NCBI GenBank assembly: GCA_964402565.1
Contig: CAYOCJ010000001.1
Location: 504,802-568,801 of the forward strand
Direction of reading: 5' to 3'
From: an uncultured Gammaproteobacteria bacterium
GTDB lineage: Bacteria; Patescibacteriota; Patescibacteriia; UBA1558; 2-01-FULL-52-15
Length of the DNA stretch: 64,000 bases
Positions 19,636-28,422 of the stretch are shown here, piece by piece. The notes beneath the pieces were generated by a model that saw only the letters and a list, made by a program, of their open reading frames with translations, was not told where the DNA came from and made no database searches. The number at the start of each line of letters is the position of its first letter. The first letter of the stretch is position 1. The position numbers and the translations under genes were made by a program.

Positions 19636-20094
19636 CTACAATGTTTCGTCAACTCCTTGGCCAGTACTATCTTCTGCTATTGGTGTAACCTTGCAGGCCT
19701 TGCGGTCAGCGGTGAACTGTCTCCACGAGGCATGCTTCGCGTCGCGGAACGTTTTGCGTATGGTTCGCACTGAATCCCGGTAATTCTTCCAGGCAGCCTT
19801 CAATGCTGCTCTGCGCGCAACCTTATCAGTAATGCCCCAGGCAGTAACCAGGGCATTCTTTCGCGTCATCAGAGCTGTCTTTATCGCTGCACTATAGGTA
19901 TCTAAAGCCGATATAATGGCAGTGTCACGCTTTTCAACAGCTGCTTGAATGCATGCAGGATCAAACGGAGGATTGGTATTCGTATTGATCGGGGGCAAAT
20001 CGATCGAAACTTGGGCTCTTCCTACGGATACAGGTGAGAACAACAAGGTTCCTAGGACCGCAAAAAAAGCTAACATGCTGACAATTTTCTTCAT
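19636..20094 (-). CDS. Secreted hypothetical protein (signal peptide, alpha-helical, Lys/Arg-rich)
   Basis: Signal peptide FFAVLGTLLFSPVSVGRA. No known motif. Confidence 0.5.
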   Translation of the reverse strand: MKKIVSMLAFFAVLGTLLFSPVSVGRAQVSIDLPPINTNTNPPFDPACIQAAVEKRDTAIISALDTYSAAIKTALMTRKNALVTAWGITDKVARRAALKAAWKNYRDSVRTIRKTFRDAKHASWRQFTADRKACKVTPIAEDSTGQGVDETL

Positions 20095-20220
20095 AGAATT
20101 ATTATGGTTAATAGTTTTGGAGAGTTCGACGAGGCTCTACATACTGATGACGTATCCAAGATATTTTCTTTCAAGTCGAACTATAGTATAGCACAAAACA
20201 ACAGTTTCTATGCAATTGAC

Positions 20221-20399
20221 GGGGGCTGTTGACTTGTGATCGGCACAAGCAGTAAGGTCGAATTGCAGGTCGGATGCCGCAATCCTGGCTTACAAGATGC
20301 GGGTCGTCAGAAACGACAACGAAAGGAGATAACTCTTGGATACGTTCGACTTGTAGTGGGGCAGGCCCTTTTCGAAGGACACTGCCCCTTCCACTTTTT
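20221..20399 (+). ncRNA. Candidate small structured RNA of unknown family (GC-rich, multi-hairpin, ends in an intrinsic terminator)
   Basis: About 180 nt and GC-rich relative to its flanks. It contains a series of hairpins (cuugug-AUCGGC-acaag; guaagg...cuuac; gucg-ucagaaa-cgac). It ends with ggggcag-N17-ctgcccc + ttccacttttt, which is a terminator only on the plus strand, and no plus-strand CDS precedes it. It could not be matched to tmRNA, SRP RNA, RNase P or 6S by eye. Confidence 0.3.
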
Positions 20400-20408
20400 A
20401 AAGCCCTA

Positions 20409-21740
20409 TTAATCCACTGATCCTGAAAACATCGGTATCCCTAAACGCCGCCGTTTCGTCTCATCCTTGAATAATTGGGTCATGCGCCTCGGCGCATCGC
20501 CCCGTGCACCCAAATGTTGAGAAAAATTATGTGCCTGAAAGCTCGAGGCAAGATACACCACATGCTTCCCGTAATAGCCCGCGAGCTCATCCATGCCTTT
20601 ATATACATAGGATAATTTCTCAGCGCGCACGCTGGCGCCGAATAGATCCATCTGATGCACATCATCAGTAGTCAAATCCAATAGAACCACGCCGGTCATA
20701 CGGTAGCGGAGCGTCGGGTCAAAAAAATCATCAAAAGAATCTTCAAGAACCTTAATGATCTCATTTGGATACGCGCTTGCCCGCGTTAGTTTCGCTGATA
20801 TGGCATATTCCTTGAATTCCTGAGTTCTCAATACGAAAACTACTTCTTTAGCAGCCTGATGATGGCGCCGTGCTTTAATACAGGCATTTTCAATGTTCTT
20901 GGACAGTTGCGCGAGCACGAATGTACGCTCGGATGAGGGGGGAGTAAAGGTCTTCATCTTTTGAATAGAATAATATGTTTCATGTTCATCCGTCAGAAGA
21001 CTCATAACTGAGATGCCGTTCAGCTCCTGCCATATCTCAATAAATGGTTTTGAAAAATGTTTCCGCACCCAAGCCTCCGGACGCTCTGCAAAGGCAAGGG
21101 CAGTGGTAATGCCATACTTCGCCAACAGGGCAGTAGTCTGAGGCCCGATGCCCCAAACGTTGCCAGCAGGGAGGTCCCGCAAAAAATCCTGACGGGTCCG
21201 GGCGCTGATAAGCGTCAGGCCATGGGGCTTATTCCACTTTGAAGCAACCTTTGCCAATACCTTGGTTGGCGCAAGGCCGATGGAAAAAGTAAAACCAAGC
21301 TCGCGCGTCAGGTCGCTATCGATCTTTTCAGCGATCTGGCGATAGGAACTATGCAATGGCCTTCGCATACCGGTAATGTCCGCGAAGCACTCGTCGATCC
21401 CGTACTCTTCGAGGTCCGAGGTATAACGGCGCACAATGCTATAAAATCGTTTCGAAAGGAGACTATAGGTCTCATAATCAGACGGTATGATGATCACCTG
21501 TGGAATAAGTTTTTTGATCTCAGCAAGGCTCATGCCGCGAGTAGCGCCTTGTGCTTTTGCCTCATAGCTGATGCTTGAAGCAATACCGCGTTCTTTGCCG
21601 GTGACGACCGGCTTGCCTTTCAATTTGAAGTTCAGGGACTGCTCGCAGGACGCAAAAAAAGCATCTCCATCGATATGGAGAATCGCGCGCGGGAATGACG
21701 AATGTGCTCCAAATGGCATACGATCAATATTTACGGACAA
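20409..21740 (-). CDS. dinB: Y-family DNA polymerase (DNA polymerase IV / DinB-UmuC family)
   Basis: N-terminal ILHIDGDAFFASCEQ (the Y-family catalytic DxD/FF motif). The UmuC-like core overlaps the lexA stop by 17 nt. Confidence 0.88.
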   Translation of the reverse strand: MSVNIDRMPFGAHSSFPRAILHIDGDAFFASCEQSLNFKLKGKPVVTGKERGIASSISYEAKAQGATRGMSLAEIKKLIPQVIIIPSDYETYSLLSKRFYSIVRRYTSDLEEYGIDECFADITGMRRPLHSSYRQIAEKIDSDLTRELGFTFSIGLAPTKVLAKVASKWNKPHGLTLISARTRQDFLRDLPAGNVWGIGPQTTALLAKYGITTALAFAERPEAWVRKHFSKPFIEIWQELNGISVMSLLTDEHETYYSIQKMKTFTPPSSERTFVLAQLSKNIENACIKARRHHQAAKEVVFVLRTQEFKEYAISAKLTRASAYPNEIIKVLEDSFDDFFDPTLRYRMTGVVLLDLTTDDVHQMDLFGASVRAEKLSYVYKGMDELAGYYGKHVVYLASSFQAHNFSQHLGARGDAPRRMTQLFKDETKRRRLGIPMFSGSVD

Positions 21741-22290
21741 CCGCTTTCACGATCGCTGCGATCTTAAGCTCATCTTTCGGCACAATGGGCGGATACTTTG
21801 GGTTACCAGGCTGCAGCCATGTCTTGCCTTTTTCTTTACGCAAATACTTCATGGTCCAGCCAGTGTCTATTTCAGCAATAACGATATCGCCATCACGAGC
21901 ATCGCTGCGCCGCTCGACCAAAACCATATCACCCGGCATGATGCCTGCCTCGATCATTGAATCGCCTGATACTTTAAGAAGATAGGTTGCATCGCGATGT
22001 TCTATCAAATACTCATCCAGGCTCATAGTATCCGTAAGCTCTTCTTCAGCAGGGGACGGAAAGCCAGCTTCGACAGCACCCAAAAGAGAAATAGACCCCA
22101 TGAGCTTATTGGGGATAAGTTTACCCTTCGCATCCTTGCTCAATATGCCCTCAGAAAGGTAGTTCCTAACCAATTTATAGGCCGAATTCTTTGATTTAAA
22201 GCCCATTAGACGCATGATCTCAGCATAACTGGGCATCCGACGGTTCTGCCTATAAAAATCGTTTATTTTGTGAATTCTTGAAATGGCCAT
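21724..22290 (-). CDS. lexA: LexA repressor (wHTH + S24 peptidase)
   Basis: N-terminal winged HTH (YAEIMRLMGFKSKNSAYKLVRNYL). S24 Ser-Lys dyad context (KVSGDSMIEAGI ... K). The start was trimmed to MAISRIHK at 22290, because the track's upstream TTG start lies inside the -35 box. Confidence 0.85.
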   Translation of the reverse strand: MAISRIHKINDFYRQNRRMPSYAEIMRLMGFKSKNSAYKLVRNYLSEGILSKDAKGKLIPNKLMGSISLLGAVEAGFPSPAEEELTDTMSLDEYLIEHRDATYLLKVSGDSMIEAGIMPGDMVLVERRSDARDGDIVIAEIDTGWTMKYLRKEKGKTWLQPGNPKYPPIVPKDELKIAAIVKAVVRKY

Positions 22291-22296
22291 AGATAT

Positions 22297-22326
22297 AGTA
22301 TAGGTGAACGTTCGTTCACCTGTCAA
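22297..22326 (-). promoter_or_regulatory. lexA promoter: -35 TTGACA, 18-nt spacer, -10 TATACT; transcript probably leaderless or with a very short leader
   Basis: Minus strand reads TTGACA-ggtgaacgaacgttcacc-TATACT. The ATG lies 7 nt after the -10. Confidence 0.6.
22302..22321. promoter_or_regulatory. LexA operator (SOS box): 20-bp near-perfect palindrome AGGTGAACGTTCGTTCACCT, GAAC-N4-GTTC (Cheo-box) type
   Basis: 9-bp inverted arms. It is located exactly in the lexA promoter spacer. The GAAC-N4-GTTC core matches Gram-positive LexA boxes. Confidence 0.7.
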
Positions 22327-22372
22327 ATGCCAGGCCTTAGCAAAGGGTTTTTACTTTTTCACTGATAGAGAA

Positions 22373-23098
22373 TCAGATCTTTTCAGCACAGACGATCAGG
22401 GAGAGTCCAATGAGGGGACTCAGAATGCCGTTCATCAGTTGAGCAAGCGGCAGCATCTGTTCATACAGCTTTACGCCAGAACGGGGGATGCTTGTTTTCT
22501 GGGCTATACCACCCATGAACGCCCAGCCAGGTATGCCGAATGGATTAAAGTAGCGAACGCTGAGGGGTTTCATAGAGTGCCTGGTGACCAGATCAATGCA
22601 TGATTGTTTCGTATATCTGCGTTCATGGCCGAGAGCCTTGTCGAGATGATTAAAAAGCATAGGCAGCGCAGGAACGAATAGCACAATGCGGCCACCAGGT
22701 TTCAGTAATGATCGCATGCTTTCGACAGCAATATCATGATGACGGATATGCTCGAGAACATTGATCGCAAAGATACTGTCAATAGTTCCTTGCAGCCCTT
22801 GGACTGCCGAACCGGCCGCATCGAGCGGCACATTCAAATCAATACGATGTGAGCCGAGATAATTTGGATTCCCCCGGAAGCGCTTATCAAGATCATCGCA
22901 GTAGACCATTTCATAATCGCTCAAAAAACAACGAAACTCCTTAAGCGCCAACTCTGAAAAGGTGCCGGTCCCGCTGCCGAATTCAAAAACTGTCCCTTTC
23001 AGAAATGGCCGTATAGCGCTATACATCCACTGGTTCAGCTTGTGAGCGTCTCCCAAGGTTTCAAGCGTCGTGTGGCCGGTATATTCGAAATGCTCCAT
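22373..23098 (-). CDS. Class I SAM-dependent methyltransferase (small-molecule/protein MTase type)
   Basis: Motif I VFEFGSGTGTFS and motif post-I/II spacing typical of Methyltransf_11/23. Confidence 0.7.
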   Translation of the reverse strand: MEHFEYTGHTTLETLGDAHKLNQWMYSAIRPFLKGTVFEFGSGTGTFSELALKEFRCFLSDYEMVYCDDLDKRFRGNPNYLGSHRIDLNVPLDAAGSAVQGLQGTIDSIFAINVLEHIRHHDIAVESMRSLLKPGGRIVLFVPALPMLFNHLDKALGHERRYTKQSCIDLVTRHSMKPLSVRYFNPFGIPGWAFMGGIAQKTSIPRSGVKLYEQMLPLAQLMNGILSPLIGLSLIVCAEKI

Positions 23099-23103
23099 GG
23101 TAT

Positions 23104-24048
23104 TTATTTTTTTAGGGGATGAAATTTCTGATGCTCTGATTCAGCATAACGATCTGACGCATGTACATAGCGCGTCGTCGTATCAAGTGATTCATGGCCG
23201 AGGAGGACTTGAATTGCGGCCGGGTTAGCTCCTGATTCTGCCAAATAGGTTGCAAAACCATGCCGCAGGCTATGCGCGCTCGTTGGCACATTGATATTCA
23301 AAGCTTCCCGATACTCTTTGATCTTTGCCTGCAAATAATTGGATGAAATGCCTTTGAAGCTGCTGCCGGTATTTCTGCCGCGCAATGGTACCCACAGATG
23401 CGGCAAGCGATCGCCGCGAGTCTTCAAATAGCGGTCGACCTGTTTCAAAGCGCGCTCAGTCAGATACACAAAACGCTCCTTTTTGCCTTTTCCTTTGATA
23501 AAGATCTTGCCGGACTTATAATCGATCTGGTCGCGTTTCAGGCTGAGGAGCTCAGAAATACGCATGCCGGTAGCAAACAGCATCTCAAGCATAGCGCGAT
23601 TGCGCAAACCAACATGTGCATCTTTTTCAAGAGCCTCAGGAGACTCAATGAGCTTGATGAGTTCATCAAGTTCAGCGACTCTGCCATGTTTCTTGTCAGT
23701 GCGGATCAATTTGATCGCCTCGGGCGCCATCGGAACCTTCTCATCCATGTCGATCATAAACTTCAGATAATTCCGTAGTGATGAAAGCATGCGGTTAACT
23801 GAAAAGCTTGAAAGCTTGCCATGTACCTTAGCGCCTTTAGCAGTACGCCTATTGATAGAGTAGAGGTAGGCTTTATAGTCCTCAATAGTAGATTTCTTGA
23901 TAGAGGAGAACTTGGTCTTTTGATACGTCAAAAAATTCTCAAACGTTGTTAAGTCGCGCTCATAATTCAAAAGAGTTTCTTCAGAATAATTGTTGCTCTG
24001 CAAGAATCTGAGAAAGGTCTCTTTTTTTGGAAGCGGGGAATCAGGCAT
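23104..24048 (-). CDS. Tyrosine site-specific recombinase, XerC/XerD-type
   Basis: N-terminal SAM-like core-binding domain (ETLLNYERDLTTFENFL). Catalytic R..HxxR..Y signature (HSLRHGFATYL ... LLGHESLDTTTRYVH). Confidence 0.8.
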   Translation of the reverse strand: MPDSPLPKKETFLRFLQSNNYSEETLLNYERDLTTFENFLTYQKTKFSSIKKSTIEDYKAYLYSINRRTAKGAKVHGKLSSFSVNRMLSSLRNYLKFMIDMDEKVPMAPEAIKLIRTDKKHGRVAELDELIKLIESPEALEKDAHVGLRNRAMLEMLFATGMRISELLSLKRDQIDYKSGKIFIKGKGKKERFVYLTERALKQVDRYLKTRGDRLPHLWVPLRGRNTGSSFKGISSNYLQAKIKEYREALNINVPTSAHSLRHGFATYLAESGANPAAIQVLLGHESLDTTTRYVHASDRYAESEHQKFHPLKK

Positions 24049-24426
24049 AGGTTGCTTCAGCAGTATAGCATACGCGGTGGATTAAATCGAGTGTTTGGGA
24101 TATTATACTCAGTTAATATATATTCCTAGATAAAGCCATTAAAGCCTTATGCCGGCTAAAAATTACATTTAATAGACCAAGCTATGGCCACTCTATACAG
24201 ACATCTGACTCTTATGTGCCTAAGCAGTTATTTAAAATTTAAATTATAGCTGTCTACATACCTTTATATACAAATAAGGCCTTTCTAACACAGGCTTTGA
24301 ATTCTAAGCCAAAGGTATCAAGATACCCTTCAAAGCAAATTTAAAGCGCTTATAGATACTGAGATCCTGTCTCTATACCCCATCAGACTACCTTAACTAC
24401 CAAATAGTTAAGCGTCATAAAATAAT

Positions 24427-27042
24427 TTAGCAACCAATACTCGTACAGCCTGTTTGCGTACAAGTAATACTACATGATGGCTGCACTGGCCCATTCGCAA
24501 ATGTATTGACGCCAAACACATTGTATGAGAAAGACTTTGCTTTTGTATCCCCTGCGCAAAAGGTATAGTCAAAACGATATGGTAATGCTGGCCACGTCGC
24601 CTGAGTCGCAGGTTCATCGATAGTACAAATCTTCTTACCTACGGCAGGTAATTCCTTTCCTGAACAATTAGTGCCTTGATCAGCTTGAATAGATCCGCCT
24701 TTGAGCTGGCATACTGTCAGTGCTGAAACAAGTGCGTTTGCCGTTGATTTTGCTGATGCTACACTCGTGTTATAGAGCTGATTACCAACTCCTGCGCTAG
24801 TCTCTGCTCCTAAATTCCGGGGCGGATACCAAACATCATAATAATCTAATTTACCCGGACCTGCGGGCTCATAACCTTTTGTCACTTCATCGCCATCGGA
24901 GTAGCCATCGCCATCTGAATCTTTTTTATTTGGATCCGAACCATAGTATGCTTCGACAATATCCGGCAGCCCATCAGCATCAGTATCAACGGCTAATGCC
25001 ACCTTTGCCTCCACTGAGATCTCAGTAGCATTTGCCGTGTTGACGCCATTCACATAATTAACAGCCTCATTCACGCCAAATCCGTTCGACATCCCCATGA
25101 ATCCTCCGCCTCCATTGCTTGCCTGTTCTTTTACGCGATGCGGAATTTGCATGGTATATTTCAATGTATACGCATCAGGATTGGTCAGCTTCTCGTATAT
25201 AAACTGCTGTCCGGTGAAACCATCCTGCGGAACAGTTTTCAAGAATGGCGTTTCAGCCAGCTGCTTCTCATACTCCGGATCATTGAAAGAGTTAAAACTA
25301 TCAGGAAAGTCGATCTGAACACCTGTCGCGTTGGTATTGGTAACGGTCTTTTTCGGCGCTTTCGTGAGCTTGCCTCGCGGCGTCGTCAACTCATCGAGTG
25401 AAGCAGGATAAGCCCCGGTATAGGATTTAAACTCAGACAAGGCGCTTCGAACCAGATCTACATTGGTTTGTTGACGCTGTGCACGGTACATTTCTTTTGT
25501 CATGCCGGTAAGCGCTAGTTGCGCATCTTCGAACGATATAGCACCAGCCGGCTCCTCTACCACGACCGGAACATTGATATTGCTTAAGCTCAATGTGAGA
25601 TCAAGTCCGATCTGTTTATCCTTCAGTTTCGTAGCTTTCGCGCCCGGTACGATCCTGAAGCGGTATGACATCTGGACCGGATAACCGGTGTTCTTATCGA
25701 TCAGTATCTTTAACTTGGTATTATTTTTTATAAAGGTTAAGTACTTGGTAAAGGTATCCGTTTTCATGTACCGAAGTGATGTTTCGTCAAGCTTTACCAT
25801 GGCATCAGCTCCGAACTTATCCTGTAATTCCTTGCTCAAATGCTCATACCAGGCAGCGACTTTTGTCTCGTCATACGTAACATTGTAGGCATAGGCCTGG
25901 GTCGTCCCTAAGCTTTCATCAGGCAATGACATGTCAACTTGCAGCACTTTGTCTTCATCCATAGTTTTCAGGATCGTCTGGAACTGTTCCAGCGCCTGAG
26001 TATTCTTCTGCTGCTTATCTCCGATAAACGTACCGATATATGACAAGTCTGAATATCCTACCAAATCCTCCGGCACTGCCTTGATCCATTTATTTTTAAT
26101 GGCGGTCAGATCAATGAATAGAGACGGAAATTTGGAAACCATGCCATAGTAGGTATCGCCTTTTTTCCGCAGCTCAAACTCGGCAGCGACATTGAAGTCT
26201 CCAAACGAAGCGTCCCCTCCAAGATGAAAATTGGCGTCTGCTTTTTTTGCCTGATCTTTCGTCGACGTGCCGCCTGCTCTGAGGTTAAAACTGAAATCAG
26301 ATGGCGCATAATCGAGGTACTCATCAGCGCCCTGCTCAAGCGTCGAAACCCAGGATGGCCTATGCGGTTCACCATTAAAGTAAAAATATGATTCGCTTTT
26401 CTTAGATAAGGTCACTTTTTTGCCATCGACCTGTGTTACTTCTTTTTTGCTATAGCCGGCGACTGCTTTTACGGCATCATCAGTCTCAAACGTGACTGAA
26501 AGCGCATAATCATCATTGCCAGCGTTTAATGCATAGGTAAAATCGCTCAGGTTCTTGGCTGTGAGTGCCGGCACATCAGAAAGCTGATTTGGATATGCGG
26601 TATTGCTTTGACGGTATACCGATAATGCGGACTGGATTGACTGCGCATCAGACACCCTATTCGCATCTCGCTCATACATTTGCGTGTCATTCACAAATTC
26701 AGGAAAGGTAAGAGGCTCGAACGCAGTCGCTCCTGCTTCCCTCGGCTCAGCCTGCAGGCCGAACTTAGCTTCGTACGTTGCTGAGTTTATCGACTGAATT
26801 TTAGAAAAAAAGTTTGCAAAAGCACTTTGCTTCGAAGCAGGACCCATACCCTGGAATGGCCAGATCTTAAAATAAAAAGCGGCTCCTGCATAGGAACCAA
26901 TCACGAGGACGCCGAGTAAGACGATAATAACCATCCATGGCGTTTTTTTAGCTGCCGGCTGCAATGGCTGTGACGACTCAGGCATGGTCGTAACCGGCAT
27001 AGGCGCCTGCTGCGGCGGCTGTTGATATGGTTGTTGGTCCAT
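24427..27042 (-). CDS. Large membrane-anchored surface protein: Pro/Gln-rich N-terminus, single TM, TSP3-like Ca-binding aspartate repeats, Cys-rich C-terminal domain
   Basis: TM segment WMVIIVLLGVLVIGSYAGAAFYF. DTDADGLPD...DSDGDGYSDGDE resembles type-3 thrombospondin Ca-binding loops. Ten Cys lie in the last 100 aa. Confidence 0.6.
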   Translation of the reverse strand: MDQQPYQQPPQQAPMPVTTMPESSQPLQPAAKKTPWMVIIVLLGVLVIGSYAGAAFYFKIWPFQGMGPASKQSAFANFFSKIQSINSATYEAKFGLQAEPREAGATAFEPLTFPEFVNDTQMYERDANRVSDAQSIQSALSVYRQSNTAYPNQLSDVPALTAKNLSDFTYALNAGNDDYALSVTFETDDAVKAVAGYSKKEVTQVDGKKVTLSKKSESYFYFNGEPHRPSWVSTLEQGADEYLDYAPSDFSFNLRAGGTSTKDQAKKADANFHLGGDASFGDFNVAAEFELRKKGDTYYGMVSKFPSLFIDLTAIKNKWIKAVPEDLVGYSDLSYIGTFIGDKQQKNTQALEQFQTILKTMDEDKVLQVDMSLPDESLGTTQAYAYNVTYDETKVAAWYEHLSKELQDKFGADAMVKLDETSLRYMKTDTFTKYLTFIKNNTKLKILIDKNTGYPVQMSYRFRIVPGAKATKLKDKQIGLDLTLSLSNINVPVVVEEPAGAISFEDAQLALTGMTKEMYRAQRQQTNVDLVRSALSEFKSYTGAYPASLDELTTPRGKLTKAPKKTVTNTNATGVQIDFPDSFNSFNDPEYEKQLAETPFLKTVPQDGFTGQQFIYEKLTNPDAYTLKYTMQIPHRVKEQASNGGGGFMGMSNGFGVNEAVNYVNGVNTANATEISVEAKVALAVDTDADGLPDIVEAYYGSDPNKKDSDGDGYSDGDEVTKGYEPAGPGKLDYYDVWYPPRNLGAETSAGVGNQLYNTSVASAKSTANALVSALTVCQLKGGSIQADQGTNCSGKELPAVGKKICTIDEPATQATWPALPYRFDYTFCAGDTKAKSFSYNVFGVNTFANGPVQPSCSITCTQTGCTSIGC

Positions 27043-27107
27043 GAAAAAAAATTACTAGTAAGTGACTCCAGTATAACATATCGCTGGTGCTCTGAATATT
27101 GACTTAT

Positions 27108-28421
27108 CTACAGGCGGCCTATCGAATAATACTCAAAGCCGAGCTCCCGCATATCAGCCGGGATCCAGATATTTCTGCCGTCAATGACTAATTTTTTCTT
27201 CATGAGCTGGCCCACGTGCTTAAAATCAACGCTGCGGAACTCATCGCATTCAGTGACCAGCACCAGCGCGTCTGCACCGGTAACCGCTTCCAAGGCATTT
27301 GCGGCATACTGTATGTCCGCAAAATACATTTTTTTACTCATTTCCATTGCAATAGGGTCAAAAGCGACGACCTGTGCTCCGGCTTCAAGCAATTGTTTGA
27401 TCAGAACCACGGACGGAGCTTCACGCATGTCATCAGTTTTTGGCTTGAATGCTAATCCCCATAGTGCAATTTTTTTGCCGCTCAGGTCCGGCATGCTCGC
27501 CTTCAATTTCGCAAAGGGTATATTTTTTTGGTGCACATTCACGTCCTGAACCGCCTGAATAATTTTAAAGTCATAGCCAGCATCTTTTCCGGTCAGGATC
27601 AGCGCGTCGACATCTTTTGGAAAACAGCTTCCTCCGAACCCAATGCCCGCATGCAGGAAGCGCCTGCCGATGCGATCATCGAGCCCCACTCCCCGCTCAA
27701 TGGCGATAATATCTCCTCCGACGCGTTCGCTGAGCTGGGCGATCTCATTCATGAAAGAGATCTTCGTCGCCAGTAAAGCGTTCGAAGCATATTTGATGAT
27801 CTCAGCGCTTTCAATATTTGTTGTAAAGAACACCGAACCTTTGTCGATGATCGGGGCATAGAGTTTGCGCATACTATCAACTGCCTTCTCAGATTCAGCG
27901 CCAACCACAATGCGGTCAGGTTTTAAACAATCTGCGACCGCGACGCCCTCACGCAGGAATTCAGGGTTTGACACCTGATCATATCCAAAGGTTACACCGC
28001 GCTTCTTGAACTCTGTTAAAATTATTTCCTTGCACAGCTTACCTGTGCCTACCGGTACGGTAGATTTGTTAACGAATAACTTATAAGCGTCTGCGTAGGT
28101 GCCGAAATCAACGGCTACTTGCTTGACGGCAGTAAGATCAGCACGATGATCCTTATCCGGAGGCGTGCCTACTGCTGAAAACACTACTTCGGCCCATGTG
28201 ATGCCGGCTGGTATATCTGTTGAAAATCTGAGTCGACGTGCCGCCGCATTTCTTTTCACCAGATCTTCCAAACCAGGCTCATAGATAGGCAGGATATTGT
28301 TCTGAAGATTCTCGATTTTGACCGTATCCAGATCAACGCATATGACCTCATGGCCCGTTTCAGCAAGACATGCTCCAACGGTCAATCCCACATAGCCTGT
28401 GCCAACGACGGTAATACGCAT
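27108..28421 (-). CDS. ugd: UDP-glucose 6-dehydrogenase (nucleotide-sugar dehydrogenase family)
   Basis: MRITVVGTGYVGLTVGACLAETGHEVICVD Rossmann start. The catalytic Cys region GGSCFPKD is present. The start was trimmed to MRITV at 28421, directly after the stop of the upstream gene. Confidence 0.85.
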   Translation of the reverse strand: MRITVVGTGYVGLTVGACLAETGHEVICVDLDTVKIENLQNNILPIYEPGLEDLVKRNAAARRLRFSTDIPAGITWAEVVFSAVGTPPDKDHRADLTAVKQVAVDFGTYADAYKLFVNKSTVPVGTGKLCKEIILTEFKKRGVTFGYDQVSNPEFLREGVAVADCLKPDRIVVGAESEKAVDSMRKLYAPIIDKGSVFFTTNIESAEIIKYASNALLATKISFMNEIAQLSERVGGDIIAIERGVGLDDRIGRRFLHAGIGFGGSCFPKDVDALILTGKDAGYDFKIIQAVQDVNVHQKNIPFAKLKASMPDLSGKKIALWGLAFKPKTDDMREAPSVVLIKQLLEAGAQVVAFDPIAMEMSKKMYFADIQYAANALEAVTGADALVLVTECDEFRSVDFKHVGQLMKKKLVIDGRNIWIPADMRELGFEYYSIGRL

Positions 28422-28422
28422 C

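Noticed and set aside
20221-20399. tmRNA / 4.5S SRP RNA / RNase P identity for the GC-rich element
   Set aside because: The 5' GGGGGCUG resembles tmRNA and 4.5S starts. There is no matching 3' acceptor strand, no T-arm (GGUUCGA), no SRP domain-IV (GGAA...AGCAGCC), no RNase P CR-I, and it is too short for tmRNA or RNase P. It is left as an unclassified sRNA candidate.
22291-22326. Extended N-terminus (MTGERTFTYTIS) of LexA offered by the ORF track
   Set aside because: The putative TTG start coincides with the -35 TTGACA of the lexA promoter, and the 12 extra residues would be encoded by promoter and operator DNA. The internal Met gives a normal-length LexA.
23104-24426. Prophage or integrative element boundary
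   Set aside because: There is only a Xer-like recombinase, with no flanking tRNA and no phage or conjugation genes. Neighbouring genes are housekeeping, so this is treated as chromosomal Xer/dif until shown otherwise.
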